Source: Chlamydiota bacterium
GTDB taxonomy: Bacteria; Chlamydiota; Chlamydiia; Chlamydiales; RGXB01
NCBI GenBank assembly: GCA_947494155.1
Contig: CANLTW010000013.1
Location: forward strand, 1-37,304
Direction: 5' to 3'
DNA: 37,304 nucleotides
The notes beneath the pieces were generated by a model that had not been told where the DNA came from, made no database searches, and saw nothing but the letters and a program-made list of their open reading frames with translations. The position numbers and the translations under genes were made by a program. Each line of letters starts with the position of its first letter. The first letter of the stretch is position 1. Below are positions 19,571-28,554 of the stretch, one piece after another.

Positions 19571-20389
19571 ATGGATTTTCTAGGGCTATTTGCAAAACTC
19601 AATCGCATGTGGGACGAAAGACCAACTCTAGCCAAAGAGTTGTTAGATTCTGCAACTATATATGAGGAAAGACTGCGGGCCAATAAACTTGTAGACCAAC
19701 AAATAGTTGAATCCGTTCTCCAAGAAAGAAGTCGAATTCACGCTCTTTTTCAGAAGCTCTTACCTGAATTTAAAGAACAAATTTCAGTAGTTGTGACAAA
19801 AGAAGCGCTAGTTGAACACTGCGCTATTTTTTCATGGAATAAGCATATTTATGTACTGGTTTCTGGTCCACTCATAGCTCGACCTATCGAACATCCGGAA
19901 TCCAATGCAATAAAGGCTTGGGATTGGCTTGCCCGGCATGAAATTTCCCACATTAAATCTGGTCATTTACCTTGGTTGTTTTACGTACGTAAACTATTTC
20001 GGCTTACGACCCTATTTTTTTTGATCCCCTTTATATTTTCTTATTTACTCCCTTCCAATCATCTAATTGACTCATGGTTTAACAAATCTCTTTGGCTTTT
20101 TTGGGCTAGCTGGAGCATGAAAATGATTGTCACCTTGGTTTTTGAAACCATGGCCGATCTTCAGGCCACTCGCTCTATCAAGGACCCTACAGTCTTAGAG
20201 GCTGCCGAAGAATCCATTTCTAGAATGACCTCACAAGCCATTAATAGATTAGCCCAGCCTTTTGGTTGGTTGAATTATCTACTACATTTGCTATTGTTAG
20301 ATCCCCATCCCCCTTTTATATTACGTCAATGGCTACTGCGTAAACATGCGCGATTGCTGAGAAATGGTTTTTTAAACCCTCAGCCATAA
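19571..20389 (+). CDS. Membrane zinc metalloprotease, M48/M56-like
   Basis: HEISH (HExxH) followed by TM helices, E..AD third ligand and a C-terminal HP...R motif. Confidence 0.75.
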   Translation: MDFLGLFAKLNRMWDERPTLAKELLDSATIYEERLRANKLVDQQIVESVLQERSRIHALFQKLLPEFKEQISVVVTKEALVEHCAIFSWNKHIYVLVSGPLIARPIEHPESNAIKAWDWLARHEISHIKSGHLPWLFYVRKLFRLTTLFFLIPFIFSYLLPSNHLIDSWFNKSLWLFWASWSMKMIVTLVFETMADLQATRSIKDPTVLEAAEESISRMTSQAINRLAQPFGWLNYLLHLLLLDPHPPFILRQWLLRKHARLLRNGFLNPQP

Positions 20390-20487
20390 ATGAAAGTTAT
20401 TAGTCGGGGCACAGGTTAAACCTTTTTTTAGCAACTTGCCAAAAAACTTCTTCGATTGAATGAAAGCCTTAGCTTTGTCTGTCATAA

Positions 20488-20669
20488 GGAGGAACGCTCA
20501 CTAAAACTGAAGAAACTAGAGAAACATCTGATCTCCATTTTGAGTCTGGTATGGCCTATTGGTTAACCAAAAAGACCCTCCAGGCACACTCCATAGAGAC
20601 CTCAATGAGTCAAATGAACCCATTGAGGTATTGGTCATAGAACTGAAAGCAGTGAATAGAAGAAATTGA
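20488..20669 (+). pseudogene. Frameshifted C-terminal remnant of a cupin-like protein
   Basis: GGTLTKTEETRETSDLHFESGMAYWLTK / DPPGTLHRDLNESNEPIEVLVIELK, shifted at an A-run near 20570. G...W..P...H...N....P is cupin motif 2. Confidence 0.6.
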
Positions 20670-20737
20670 GATTGCTTGCTTTTGTTGTAAGCATTAGTCT
20701 CTTCAATTTTGAAACCTCTGATGTTTTGGAAATAAAA

Positions 20738-21110
20738 ATGGAAATTTGCCACTTGGAACTATCGGATTATGTGACAATTGTCGCTACTGTCCCGAAAAAC
20801 ACATGCCGATAGAGTTAGAGAAGCAATGGGACGTGCGGGGGCTGGTAAGGTGGGAGACTACTCCTATTGCAGCTATTCAGTAAAGGGAATGGGTAAGTTC
20901 ATGCCCAATAAGGGGGCAACCCCGTATTTGGGCAAGGTAGGTATATTAGAAGAAGTAATAGAAGAACGGATTGAGACAGTCTGTTCCCGTGTGGTGCTGG
21001 CGCACGTCCTGGAAGAAATCAAAAAAGCCCATCCTTACGAAGAGACTATCATCGACATCTACCCTGTCTATGAAGTCGCACGCAAAAAAGCGAAAGGAGA
21101 ACGTTCCTGA
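20738..21110 (+). pseudogene. Stand-alone NIF3/YqfO PII-like domain protein with a +1 frameshift
   Basis: GAGKVGDYSYCS...G.F.P..GA.P..G...HPYEE. The natural N-terminus (YVTIVATVP) from ATG 20738 is out of frame by one A in the run at 20795-20799. Confidence 0.75.
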
Positions 21111-21303
21111 GTCAAGAGACTTTTACCCAATTTCTCTTTTGTAGCCCAATCGATTATCGTAGGTCTCCTTCACTCGTTACGTTCATATAAATTCCAATCG
21201 AAAGAGATGGACAAGAGTTAAGGGAGAAATGGAAGCCCTAGAGTTATAAATGATTTATTCAACACAGCCCCAATTTTTCTATCAACATTAGGTTGACGCA
21301 AAT

Positions 21304-21999
21304 CTAGTTTACTAATGTAATATCTACAGTAACTTTGTTAATTGATTTAAATTTTTCCTGTAATTGCTTTTCTAGTTTAGGTTTTAAATTTTCCCACTTT
21401 GAAAAACATAGGGGGTTTTCTTTAAAAAATTGAGTAATCTGTGCATCCATGTCTTGAAAATCGAAATAATCCTTGGGTGAAGTAGGCTCTTTAAATTCCC
21501 AAGAAACCGATAGATTCATTGATTTAAAGGTTTCATTGCAAATTGCAAAATTTTCTTTTTCATATCCAAATGTTTCTATGAATTTATGATCTGATTCATC
21601 GAAATAAACAGTCGAGAACCTAGTAAATAAGACTATTTTATCGGGTTTAAGGTAAAAGGTAGACTTAATTGTTTGGATATCAGGAAAATCTTTTGCAATC
21701 CACTTGACAATAGTTTTATTCATTATTTCCCAAAAATCTTCAAAGTTTTTATACTAACTCAAAAAAGTTTTGACGTAATTTTTTAAACATTTTGGATCTA
21801 ATTCTTCTTTATTAGGTTCAAGCTGATATTCGATAAATATGCTAAGATTTTTCCATGCATTTTGATGGCAAATTTTTAAATCTTTTAATGCGATACCAGT
21901 TGTTTCTAAGGCTTGACGCTCATCTAAAATTGATCCAAAGAGTAAATTACCAGAAAAAATCGTAAATAGACCCAATTTTGCAATCCACTTTAAGAACAT
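21304..21999 (-). pseudogene. Exported two-repeat protein interrupted by one in-frame TAG
   Basis: ORFs 21754-21999 and 21304-21723 share a frame and are joined by 10 sense codons (TFLS*YKNFEDFWEIMNK); N-terminal signal peptide. Confidence 0.75.
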
Positions 22000-22169
22000 T
22001 TTGAGTTGCCCCTTCTTCTAAACCTCTAATCGACTTACTATAAATTCCTTTTTTTTATCGCAATAGATTTTATAGATATCCTAGTATCTTTGGTTTTACA
22101 TCGATTGAGGCAGAGGTGATCATCTAAGAAATAGAATTTGACTAAAGATAGATCTATACTCCAAAAGCC

Positions 22170-22775
22170 CTATTTGTTTTTGGGGACAAATCCTTTAGTA
22201 ACACTCTTGCAGCTTGTTGCATCGCAAACAGAATATGTCGATTCAGTAGGGTTTGAGGATTTGAAGAACCGCTGAAAACCCTCTTTAAGATTTGGATCTC
22301 GTGGTTCCTCTCTAAAAACTGTCAAAAGAGGATCAACTCGTTGCAGCGGTGGATGGGATGTTTTCTTGTCGGCTTCTTTAGAAGTAGATTTTTTTTCTAT
22401 ACAGATTCTTTGAATCGCCTCAAGACCCAACCGAGACTCTTTTGCAAGGTTAGAGAAACAAGAGGGTCGTTGACTTGGCATCTCTTTTAGGGTTGGCTTT
22501 TGACCGGGTGCTTTTGCAAAAACTTCCCCTTTTTGCTCAAAACCGATAATTTTGATAACAGTTTTATCGCTTATGCTAGATTTTTTTTGATCTCTTGGGA
22601 AACCGTAGGGGGCGAATTCGATCGGCCCCTTTTCGATACGCCACTCCATGAGAGATTCAAGCCGCTCTTTGATATCCCTTTCTTCAAGGCTTCGCGATGG
22701 GGTAAAACTATCACTCCATTCCGCATCTGCAGTTGATCGTCCATCCATGTCACTTAAAGACCCAATCCCAAACAT
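22170..22775 (-). CDS. Ser/Lys/Pro-rich hypothetical protein
   Basis: About 200-codon ORF, low complexity, no domain recognised. Confidence 0.6.
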   Translation of the reverse strand: MFGIGSLSDMDGRSTADAEWSDSFTPSRSLEERDIKERLESLMEWRIEKGPIEFAPYGFPRDQKKSSISDKTVIKIIGFEQKGEVFAKAPGQKPTLKEMPSQRPSCFSNLAKESRLGLEAIQRICIEKKSTSKEADKKTSHPPLQRVDPLLTVFREEPRDPNLKEGFQRFFKSSNPTESTYSVCDATSCKSVTKGFVPKNK

Positions 22776-22831
22776 ACACAAAACTTGCCTTCACTTCTGA
22801 ATTTTTTTTTAAAATCTAACACTACTGCGAT

Positions 22832-23626
22832 TTAGTGCTTTTGAGGCTCAACTCTAAAATCAAAGGGGTATCCCTCCTCATCAGAGGAAGATTCGCATTC
22901 AGGTTTAGGTTCCATTACCGCCCCCCCCACATGGGTTTTTTGAGGTTTAAATCCGATAATTACATTTCTTGCGTTTGTCGCAGAAATAACTTGAGGCGGG
23001 GCAATTTTAGGTGGTTCTGTACACACCTTTCTAGATGGATTTGTGACCCTTTTCTTTAAGGAATCTCTCATATTGAAATATGCCCCTCGGACTAAGGCTC
23101 TTTTTGCACAACAACTGAGCTTCAAGGCTGCACCCTTTGCTTCAAGAGCCATTTCTTTTTGTACATATGAGTCGGTAGCGAATGAAACCGTTGCAAGGCC
23201 TAAAGAGGGGGGCTGTTTAGGCTCTAGTTTAGGAGGTTTGCCGTTTACAAATTCCGACCCAAAAAATAGACGATTTGATTTTGGCAACTCACCCATTTGA
23301 GCTGGTTTACTAACCGTTTCCGCACAAAACATGGATCTATAAAGTTTCTTTACATTTTCTTTCCCTTTCATCGGAGGAATTGAAACAGACGGAGGTGAGT
23401 TTTGAACTTGGTTCAAGGGGATTAAAGAGGGTGATGTGGGGAGGGAGCCGGCTGATGATTGAGTGGATTGAGAACCAAAAGAACTATTATGCGCCTGGAA
23501 TGGCCTATTTCCAAGTTTTGCCCAATCAATTTTTTCTATACTTGAGGGTAATGGGGCTAAAATTGGGGAAATTAGACCAATTCCATCCATGTTGAACATC
23601 TCTATATTATTGGGTAGGATGGCCAT
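22832..23626 (-). CDS. Pro/Ser-rich hypothetical protein
   Basis: 264-aa ORF with AAGGAG SD upstream and disorder-like composition. Confidence 0.7.
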   Translation of the reverse strand: MAILPNNIEMFNMDGIGLISPILAPLPSSIEKIDWAKLGNRPFQAHNSSFGSQSTQSSAGSLPTSPSLIPLNQVQNSPPSVSIPPMKGKENVKKLYRSMFCAETVSKPAQMGELPKSNRLFFGSEFVNGKPPKLEPKQPPSLGLATVSFATDSYVQKEMALEAKGAALKLSCCAKRALVRGAYFNMRDSLKKRVTNPSRKVCTEPPKIAPPQVISATNARNVIIGFKPQKTHVGGAVMEPKPECESSSDEEGYPFDFRVEPQKH

Positions 23627-23842
23627 TTGAAGCTCCTTAAAAGTTACTAACCAAACTATTATATTACAAAAATTTATAAAATAAATGCAAAATTTTAAGA
23701 CGTTAACCCTTTGGGGATTACAACAATCTCTTTTTTTTCGTTGATTAAGAGTTCGCTTTATTGAAAACTAAAAACGCTTTTTCTTGTCTTTATCGGATTA
23801 AAATTCCCAGAATCTTTAAGAAAGAGATTGAATAGAAATATT

Positions 23843-26800
23843 TTATTTTTTTTCCCCGTCATACATAGTGGAATAGTAAGCCGATTTTTTTAGGATTGTA
23901 CCCGCTCCTAGAAGGGCTAGGGCAAAAGTGAACCAATCATAATCGCCCTTATTTTTAGAAAAGTATTGCGAGATCAGACCATGGGTTGCCTCTTGATCTT
24001 CTGTTGAAGCCTTCTCGATAATTCTTGCCGATACTGTTGTACGCCCATCAAATCTTCCTATCAGATCGGACCAGCCGTTCAGCGAAGGTTTTTCAAATGC
24101 TATCATAGAGGTTTCCCTTGACTGCTCTCTTTTGTAAAAGTCAAAACCGAAGAGCTCAAGGTTGGTATCGTTGGCCAAACTTTTTGCAGCAATCTGAATA
24201 GACTGAAAATGGGCCGATTTTCCGTAGGGGGTTTCCAAAAACAGGGCCGGCCTACTATGGGAATCGTTCCAAATGAGCCGAACGATAGCGCGCGCCTCTA
24301 TTGAACCCTGCGTATTTTTTACAGCAAGCATCTTATTAACCCCTTCATTGGTGTAGTGCAGAAGAAAGGGATTTTTATTTGAAGTGTGCATACAACTCCC
24401 TGAAACCTCCTCTCCACACAAAAAAAGGTCTGTCGGATCATCGGTAAAAAGAACCCTTAGGCCCCCCTCAATTGGGCTAAACTCTCTGTTATTTTTCCAT
24501 TTTTCCCATACCTGACCGGTAGTTGGATTCCACATCCCCTCAAATGGTCGCGTTGCATAACGGGAGGTATGATCGCTCAAAACTATTCTATTGGTGAGTT
24601 CTAAAAATTCCGACATAAGCCCTTTTTCTAGGGCACCCGAATAGTACCTGAACCAGGCTTCTCTCAATCTTTCATTGAGGATTTTTTTGATGAACTGCTG
24701 CTTATAGTCGTTAGACATAGCCTGTAAAAAAGGGAGCGCTTTTTCCAAAAAAAGGGGTTCTGAAAAAGAATCCCCTTTTACTACTGAGAGGTTCATTTTC
24801 AATGCTATTTGCAAAACGCTCATACGGTAAATAATCTGGTTTGCAAGCTTTTGCTTTATGGGGTACTCCCCTGTTTCCTCCTTAGAAAATTGCATAACGC
24901 TCTTAAGAATGTCCATTTTAGCTAATGGGTATATGGGGGCTGAATCTAAAATCTCTAAAAAAGAGAGTAGATTATCCATAACATGGGTATCCCCGCTTTT
25001 CAATACCTCCCCGTAATGCTTCAACAATTCTCTTAAATTTTCGGCTACAGGGGTATTTTGATAACCGTCCCACTTTTGGATATAGAGCATGGGGAAAAAG
25101 AGAAAAAATTTACCCATCTTGTGGAATTCGCTCTTCATGCCCCCAACGAGTGCCCCTTTTCCCCTCACCATAGCCCTTTCAAGGGCATCGGCCCATAAAT
25201 TGGCTATAGCGGGAAAATTGCCCCTTTTTTTAAATCTTAAGAGATCTTTAAGCTTTGAAAAAAGCTTTGAGGCCTCTTCGCCTGATTGTCCTTCTTTGAA
25301 CAAAAAGGTCTCAAATTTACCCAAAAAACCCTGTAGCTGCTGGGGTTGAAAACGGGCCAAAGAAAGGACAAGCTCGCAACTTTTTCCCCTGGTTAAAAAC
25401 TCTTCAATATAGGGTGAAGCCAAAACTTTGGCCAAAATGGTTTTGAAAAGAGGGGGAAAGATAGGCTCCTCAAGAAGATTCAAGAGCTTTTTTTTCCGAT
25501 AAAGCAGCTCTAAAAAAACATCCACTTCATGAGAGCTCCAATCCGCTTCATGAGTGTAGTCCTTAGGATTTTGGAAAACTTCGCTAAATTTTTCCACCCC
25601 ATTTTCGACCAAAAGAGCGCAACGAAAAAGGTGGGAGGCTACATTTCCAGAGAGTTTTGTCCCGACATGTAAGAAGGTGCTAAATAAAAGACTTTGCAGC
25701 TCGTTTTGTAATGAGTTTAGAGGATCACCTACGGGCTCTTTTAATCCGTAAAATGCTGTTTTACCCAATTGAGGAAAAAGGGAATGGTAAACATCGATTT
25801 GGTCTTTATCTGACAAATTTTCACACTTTGAGACGAAGATCTTTTGAACCTCATCGGTACTATTTTCCCTAAGATAGCGCAAACAACCCCCGATGTTGGT
25901 AGGGGTAAGGTGCAAATTCTTCCAAAGCTCCTGTTGATTTTTTTTGGTGCACCTCTCAAAAAATGCATCCAAAATTTCACGATCCCAGTAGGGGCGAACA
26001 AGGGAAAAAGGATCTTTTTCTCTAAAAAAAATTGTATCAAGAACGGTAGTATCCGAACGGGACAAGGAAAAAAGATCCCCAACCTCCAGGTAAGAGGAAA
26101 AATTCTCCACTAATAGAGCGGCTGCCCCTGAGGGAAAGGGGTTTTGCTGATTGAGTTTAACAAGTGTTTGCATTCCCTCTAAAAAAGGCTCCTGTGGATT
26201 CTCTTTTTGGATTGTGAGCATTGTCGAGATGAAATTTTCCCAGCCCCTTTGATCTTTTCCGTAGAGCAAATAGGAACCCAAGAAAAGAGATAGCTCTTTA
26301 TGCCTCACCATTAATAAAGCTTTCGAAGATTGAAAAAGCCTTTCAACCAGGTTTTTTATCTCCATATTTCCCTTTTCACCCTCAAAACGCCTGGCTATTT
26401 GAGCTATCAAAAGGGCTTCTCTTTTTGACAAATCGGCCTCTTTAAGGGGGCTTAAGTGTGAAAAAAAGTCCTCTAAATGGTAGGACTCATTTTTCATCAT
26501 TAAAAACTTTAAAAGCTGAATACGCGTGTGAAGGCCCCCTTTTTCGCCAACATGAAAAATCCACTCAATAGGGGCCTCTTTCAGAATATTCCAATCCTGC
26601 TTGAGCAGTTCGTCCAAGAGAGTATTTTGGGAAAAAAGGGAGAATTCAACCTTGGAAACAATTGTTTCCCAGCTCTTTTGCACTTGCGTCCAAAGGAGAG
26701 AAGTGAGCTTTTTTTCTTTTCTTGTAGCCGCTAATTTAAAAAGCTGTAGCAAAAACTTGTCAGAATCTATTTTCCATGTGCCCAAATTCTCTAGTAGGAA

Positions 26801-27424
26801 AGAGGAAAGTATGGAATTTTCCGACATAAAAAGAGGCTCACCCCCTTGGGTTTGCAAGATCGAGAGCATCTCTTGGGCTGTTTCCACCCGATTATGTTTC
26901 GCTACAAGATTCCAAAAAAATGGGGAAAAAGCTGCCCTTTGACAGAGAAACTTCGAGGCAAAAGGGGCTATTAACCCCTCAAAGCGGGGCTCTTTTACGG
27001 TCAATTTCTCTAGCTCTTCGAGAAATCTTTCCTGAAAGGAGGGGGAAGTTTGATTCAAATTGAAGGTAAAACACTCAAGACGGGGTAAAAATTTCTCCAA
27101 CAGCGAGGGCTCTTTAAGCAAATCCTCAGGATCTACATAGAGGCTCGAATATCGACCCCCTATGAGAGATTTAGGAAGATGTAGGGCTAGTTTAGCCCGT
27201 AAGTCGGTTTTTGGCGGATCAAAAGAAAAAGATAGATTATGGAAACGACGCGCCCCTAAAGCTTGAAAAGCCCCCGTACACAACAAGGGTGGAAAGGGCA
27301 AGCTCCTTAAAGCACAACACTCTAATGCTTTAGGGGAAGATGCAATATGCGACGATGCCCTAAGCGAAGACCGAAAAAGCCCAGAAAAAACAACCGATCT
27401 ACCCCCTTGCCCCACCCCTAGCAT
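23843..27424 (-). CDS. Large hypothetical protein (1193 aa), effector candidate
   Basis: AAAGGA SD; Leu-rich helical body; enzyme-like C-terminal block TDDPTDLFLCG...GSCMH...EARAIVRL...LFLE; C-terminal hydrophobic segment. Confidence 0.9.
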   Translation of the reverse strand: MLGVGQGGRSVVFSGLFRSSLRASSHIASSPKALECCALRSLPFPPLLCTGAFQALGARRFHNLSFSFDPPKTDLRAKLALHLPKSLIGGRYSSLYVDPEDLLKEPSLLEKFLPRLECFTFNLNQTSPSFQERFLEELEKLTVKEPRFEGLIAPFASKFLCQRAAFSPFFWNLVAKHNRVETAQEMLSILQTQGGEPLFMSENSILSSFLLENLGTWKIDSDKFLLQLFKLAATRKEKKLTSLLWTQVQKSWETIVSKVEFSLFSQNTLLDELLKQDWNILKEAPIEWIFHVGEKGGLHTRIQLLKFLMMKNESYHLEDFFSHLSPLKEADLSKREALLIAQIARRFEGEKGNMEIKNLVERLFQSSKALLMVRHKELSLFLGSYLLYGKDQRGWENFISTMLTIQKENPQEPFLEGMQTLVKLNQQNPFPSGAAALLVENFSSYLEVGDLFSLSRSDTTVLDTIFFREKDPFSLVRPYWDREILDAFFERCTKKNQQELWKNLHLTPTNIGGCLRYLRENSTDEVQKIFVSKCENLSDKDQIDVYHSLFPQLGKTAFYGLKEPVGDPLNSLQNELQSLLFSTFLHVGTKLSGNVASHLFRCALLVENGVEKFSEVFQNPKDYTHEADWSSHEVDVFLELLYRKKKLLNLLEEPIFPPLFKTILAKVLASPYIEEFLTRGKSCELVLSLARFQPQQLQGFLGKFETFLFKEGQSGEEASKLFSKLKDLLRFKKRGNFPAIANLWADALERAMVRGKGALVGGMKSEFHKMGKFFLFFPMLYIQKWDGYQNTPVAENLRELLKHYGEVLKSGDTHVMDNLLSFLEILDSAPIYPLAKMDILKSVMQFSKEETGEYPIKQKLANQIIYRMSVLQIALKMNLSVVKGDSFSEPLFLEKALPFLQAMSNDYKQQFIKKILNERLREAWFRYYSGALEKGLMSEFLELTNRIVLSDHTSRYATRPFEGMWNPTTGQVWEKWKNNREFSPIEGGLRVLFTDDPTDLFLCGEEVSGSCMHTSNKNPFLLHYTNEGVNKMLAVKNTQGSIEARAIVRLIWNDSHSRPALFLETPYGKSAHFQSIQIAAKSLANDTNLELFGFDFYKREQSRETSMIAFEKPSLNGWSDLIGRFDGRTTVSARIIEKASTEDQEATHGLISQYFSKNKGDYDWFTFALALLGAGTILKKSAYYSTMYDGEKK

Positions 27425-27575
27425 GTCATTCCTTTAGTGAAAACCACAACTATTTTATATGTATTTTTATAAAATTTACAGTAAAAAGGGGTGGTGGACC
27501 AGCTTTTCCCTCCCGAGGTAATTCCTATTGAATAGCCATCCCCCTAGAGGGCAATAACATAACTACCAAATCGGA

Positions 27576-27999
27576 CAAAAACACATCCAAGAATGGATGC
27601 ATGGCGTTGGGCTGCAAAATACGTTAAACGGGCTGGAAAAGTTCTTCAAAAAGGAATCTATCACTAGTTATTGGATTTGTTATGATAAAGATGTCCCCTT
27701 TGCTTTCTTCATTACTTCTCCAGAAGGTGAAGATGCTACCACCTTGGATGTATTTATCTATGATGCAAATTATCTGGGAAAAGGATCATCTGCTGCTATG
27801 ATTCAGAAAATTTCTAATAGATCATTTCTCACACATAAATAAAGTGCTGATAGACCCTTAAGCAACCAACACCCGCGCAATCCATGTGTACAAAAAGATC
27901 GGCTTTAAAATAGTCGGAGAATTTATTGCAAGCTGGCATCCCGTTCCGCACTACCAAATGGAACTTAATATGAAAAAGCTTCTGGAGACAAAGAAATGA
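27576..27999 (+). pseudogene. GNAT N-acetyltransferase pseudogene (AAC(6')-Ib-like)
   Basis: YLGKG motif A, frameshift at A-run 27807-27810, then VLIDP*ATNTRAIHVYKKIGF with TAA at 27859. Confidence 0.85.
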
Positions 28000-28052
28000 A
28001 TGTCGTCCTATTCAAAGCCACTCAAGAAGACAAAAATTCCATCCAGAACCTA
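27996..28052 (+). pseudogene. N-terminal stub of a second GNAT-like gene
   Basis: ATGA overlap with the upstream stop. MNVVLFKATQEDKNSIQNL resembles a GNAT N-terminus, then runs into the antisense of peptide D. Confidence 0.45.
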
Positions 28053-28056
28053 AACC

Positions 28057-28176
28057 TCATCCCATCCTCCTGGGAGGACGAGAAATTCTTGCGGAAGTCT
28101 CAAAACAAGCGCCACCGAGCACACCCTTTAACGGGCTTTTCTTTGGTTGCTTTTTTGGCCTACTTTTTTTTTTCAT
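28057..28176 (-). CDS. Small Lys-rich double-glycine peptide D, 39 aa: MKKKSRPKKQPKKSPLKGVLGG-ACFETSARISRPPRRMG
   Basis: Hand-translated. AAGGAG SD 8 nt upstream overlaps the stop of peptide C. LKGVLGG fits the L-x-x-V/I-x-GG double-glycine leader end. Confidence 0.75.
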   Translation of the reverse strand: MKKKSRPKKQPKKSPLKGVLGGACFETSARISRPPRRMG

Positions 28177-28188
28177 AGAAAAATCTCC

Positions 28189-28323
28189 TTAACCACAAGC
28201 CCAAGTTGAGGGGGCACATTGATCTTTAGGCCTATCAATGGAATTACCTGGACTTATTCCCCCCTGGGACTTGCCCTTGTGCTTTTTTTTCTGTTGGCTC
28301 GCTTTATCGGATTTCTTTTTCAT
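28189..28323 (-). CDS. Small Lys-rich double-glycine peptide C, 44 aa: MKKKSDKASQQKKKHKGKSQGG-ISPGNSIDRPKDQCAPSTWACG
   Basis: Hand-translated. AAGGCG SD-like sequence, tandem ATG ATG (28326/28323), TAA 28191-28189. Confidence 0.72.
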   Translation of the reverse strand: MKKKSDKASQQKKKHKGKSQGGISPGNSIDRPKDQCAPSTWACG

Positions 28324-28352
28324 CATTTCGCCTTTTGAACTAATCTATTTTT

Positions 28353-28381
28353 GATATAATATTTTTACATATAGTTTTCAA
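28353..28381 (-). promoter_or_regulatory. Candidate promoter for peptides C-D
   Basis: TTGAAA-17 bp-TATATC on the - strand, about 30 bp upstream of the ATG; AT-rich, so weak evidence. Confidence 0.35.
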
Positions 28382-28554
28382 AGATTAGTTTTAACCTGTT
28401 GAAGATCATCAAGATGAGTCTCTTTTTAAAGGGCTTTAAGCTTTTTTTCTTTTTTAAAAAAATGTATTTGAGAGGATTAACGGCGACTAATTTTTTATCG
28501 ATACAGCTTGTTAACGTTCAAAAATTCTCCCTCGTGGGCGGCAGAGATTTTTAG

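Noticed and set aside
27996..28178. 60-aa plus-strand ORF as a real protein
   Set aside because: Chimera of a GNAT-like stub and the antisense strand of peptide D.
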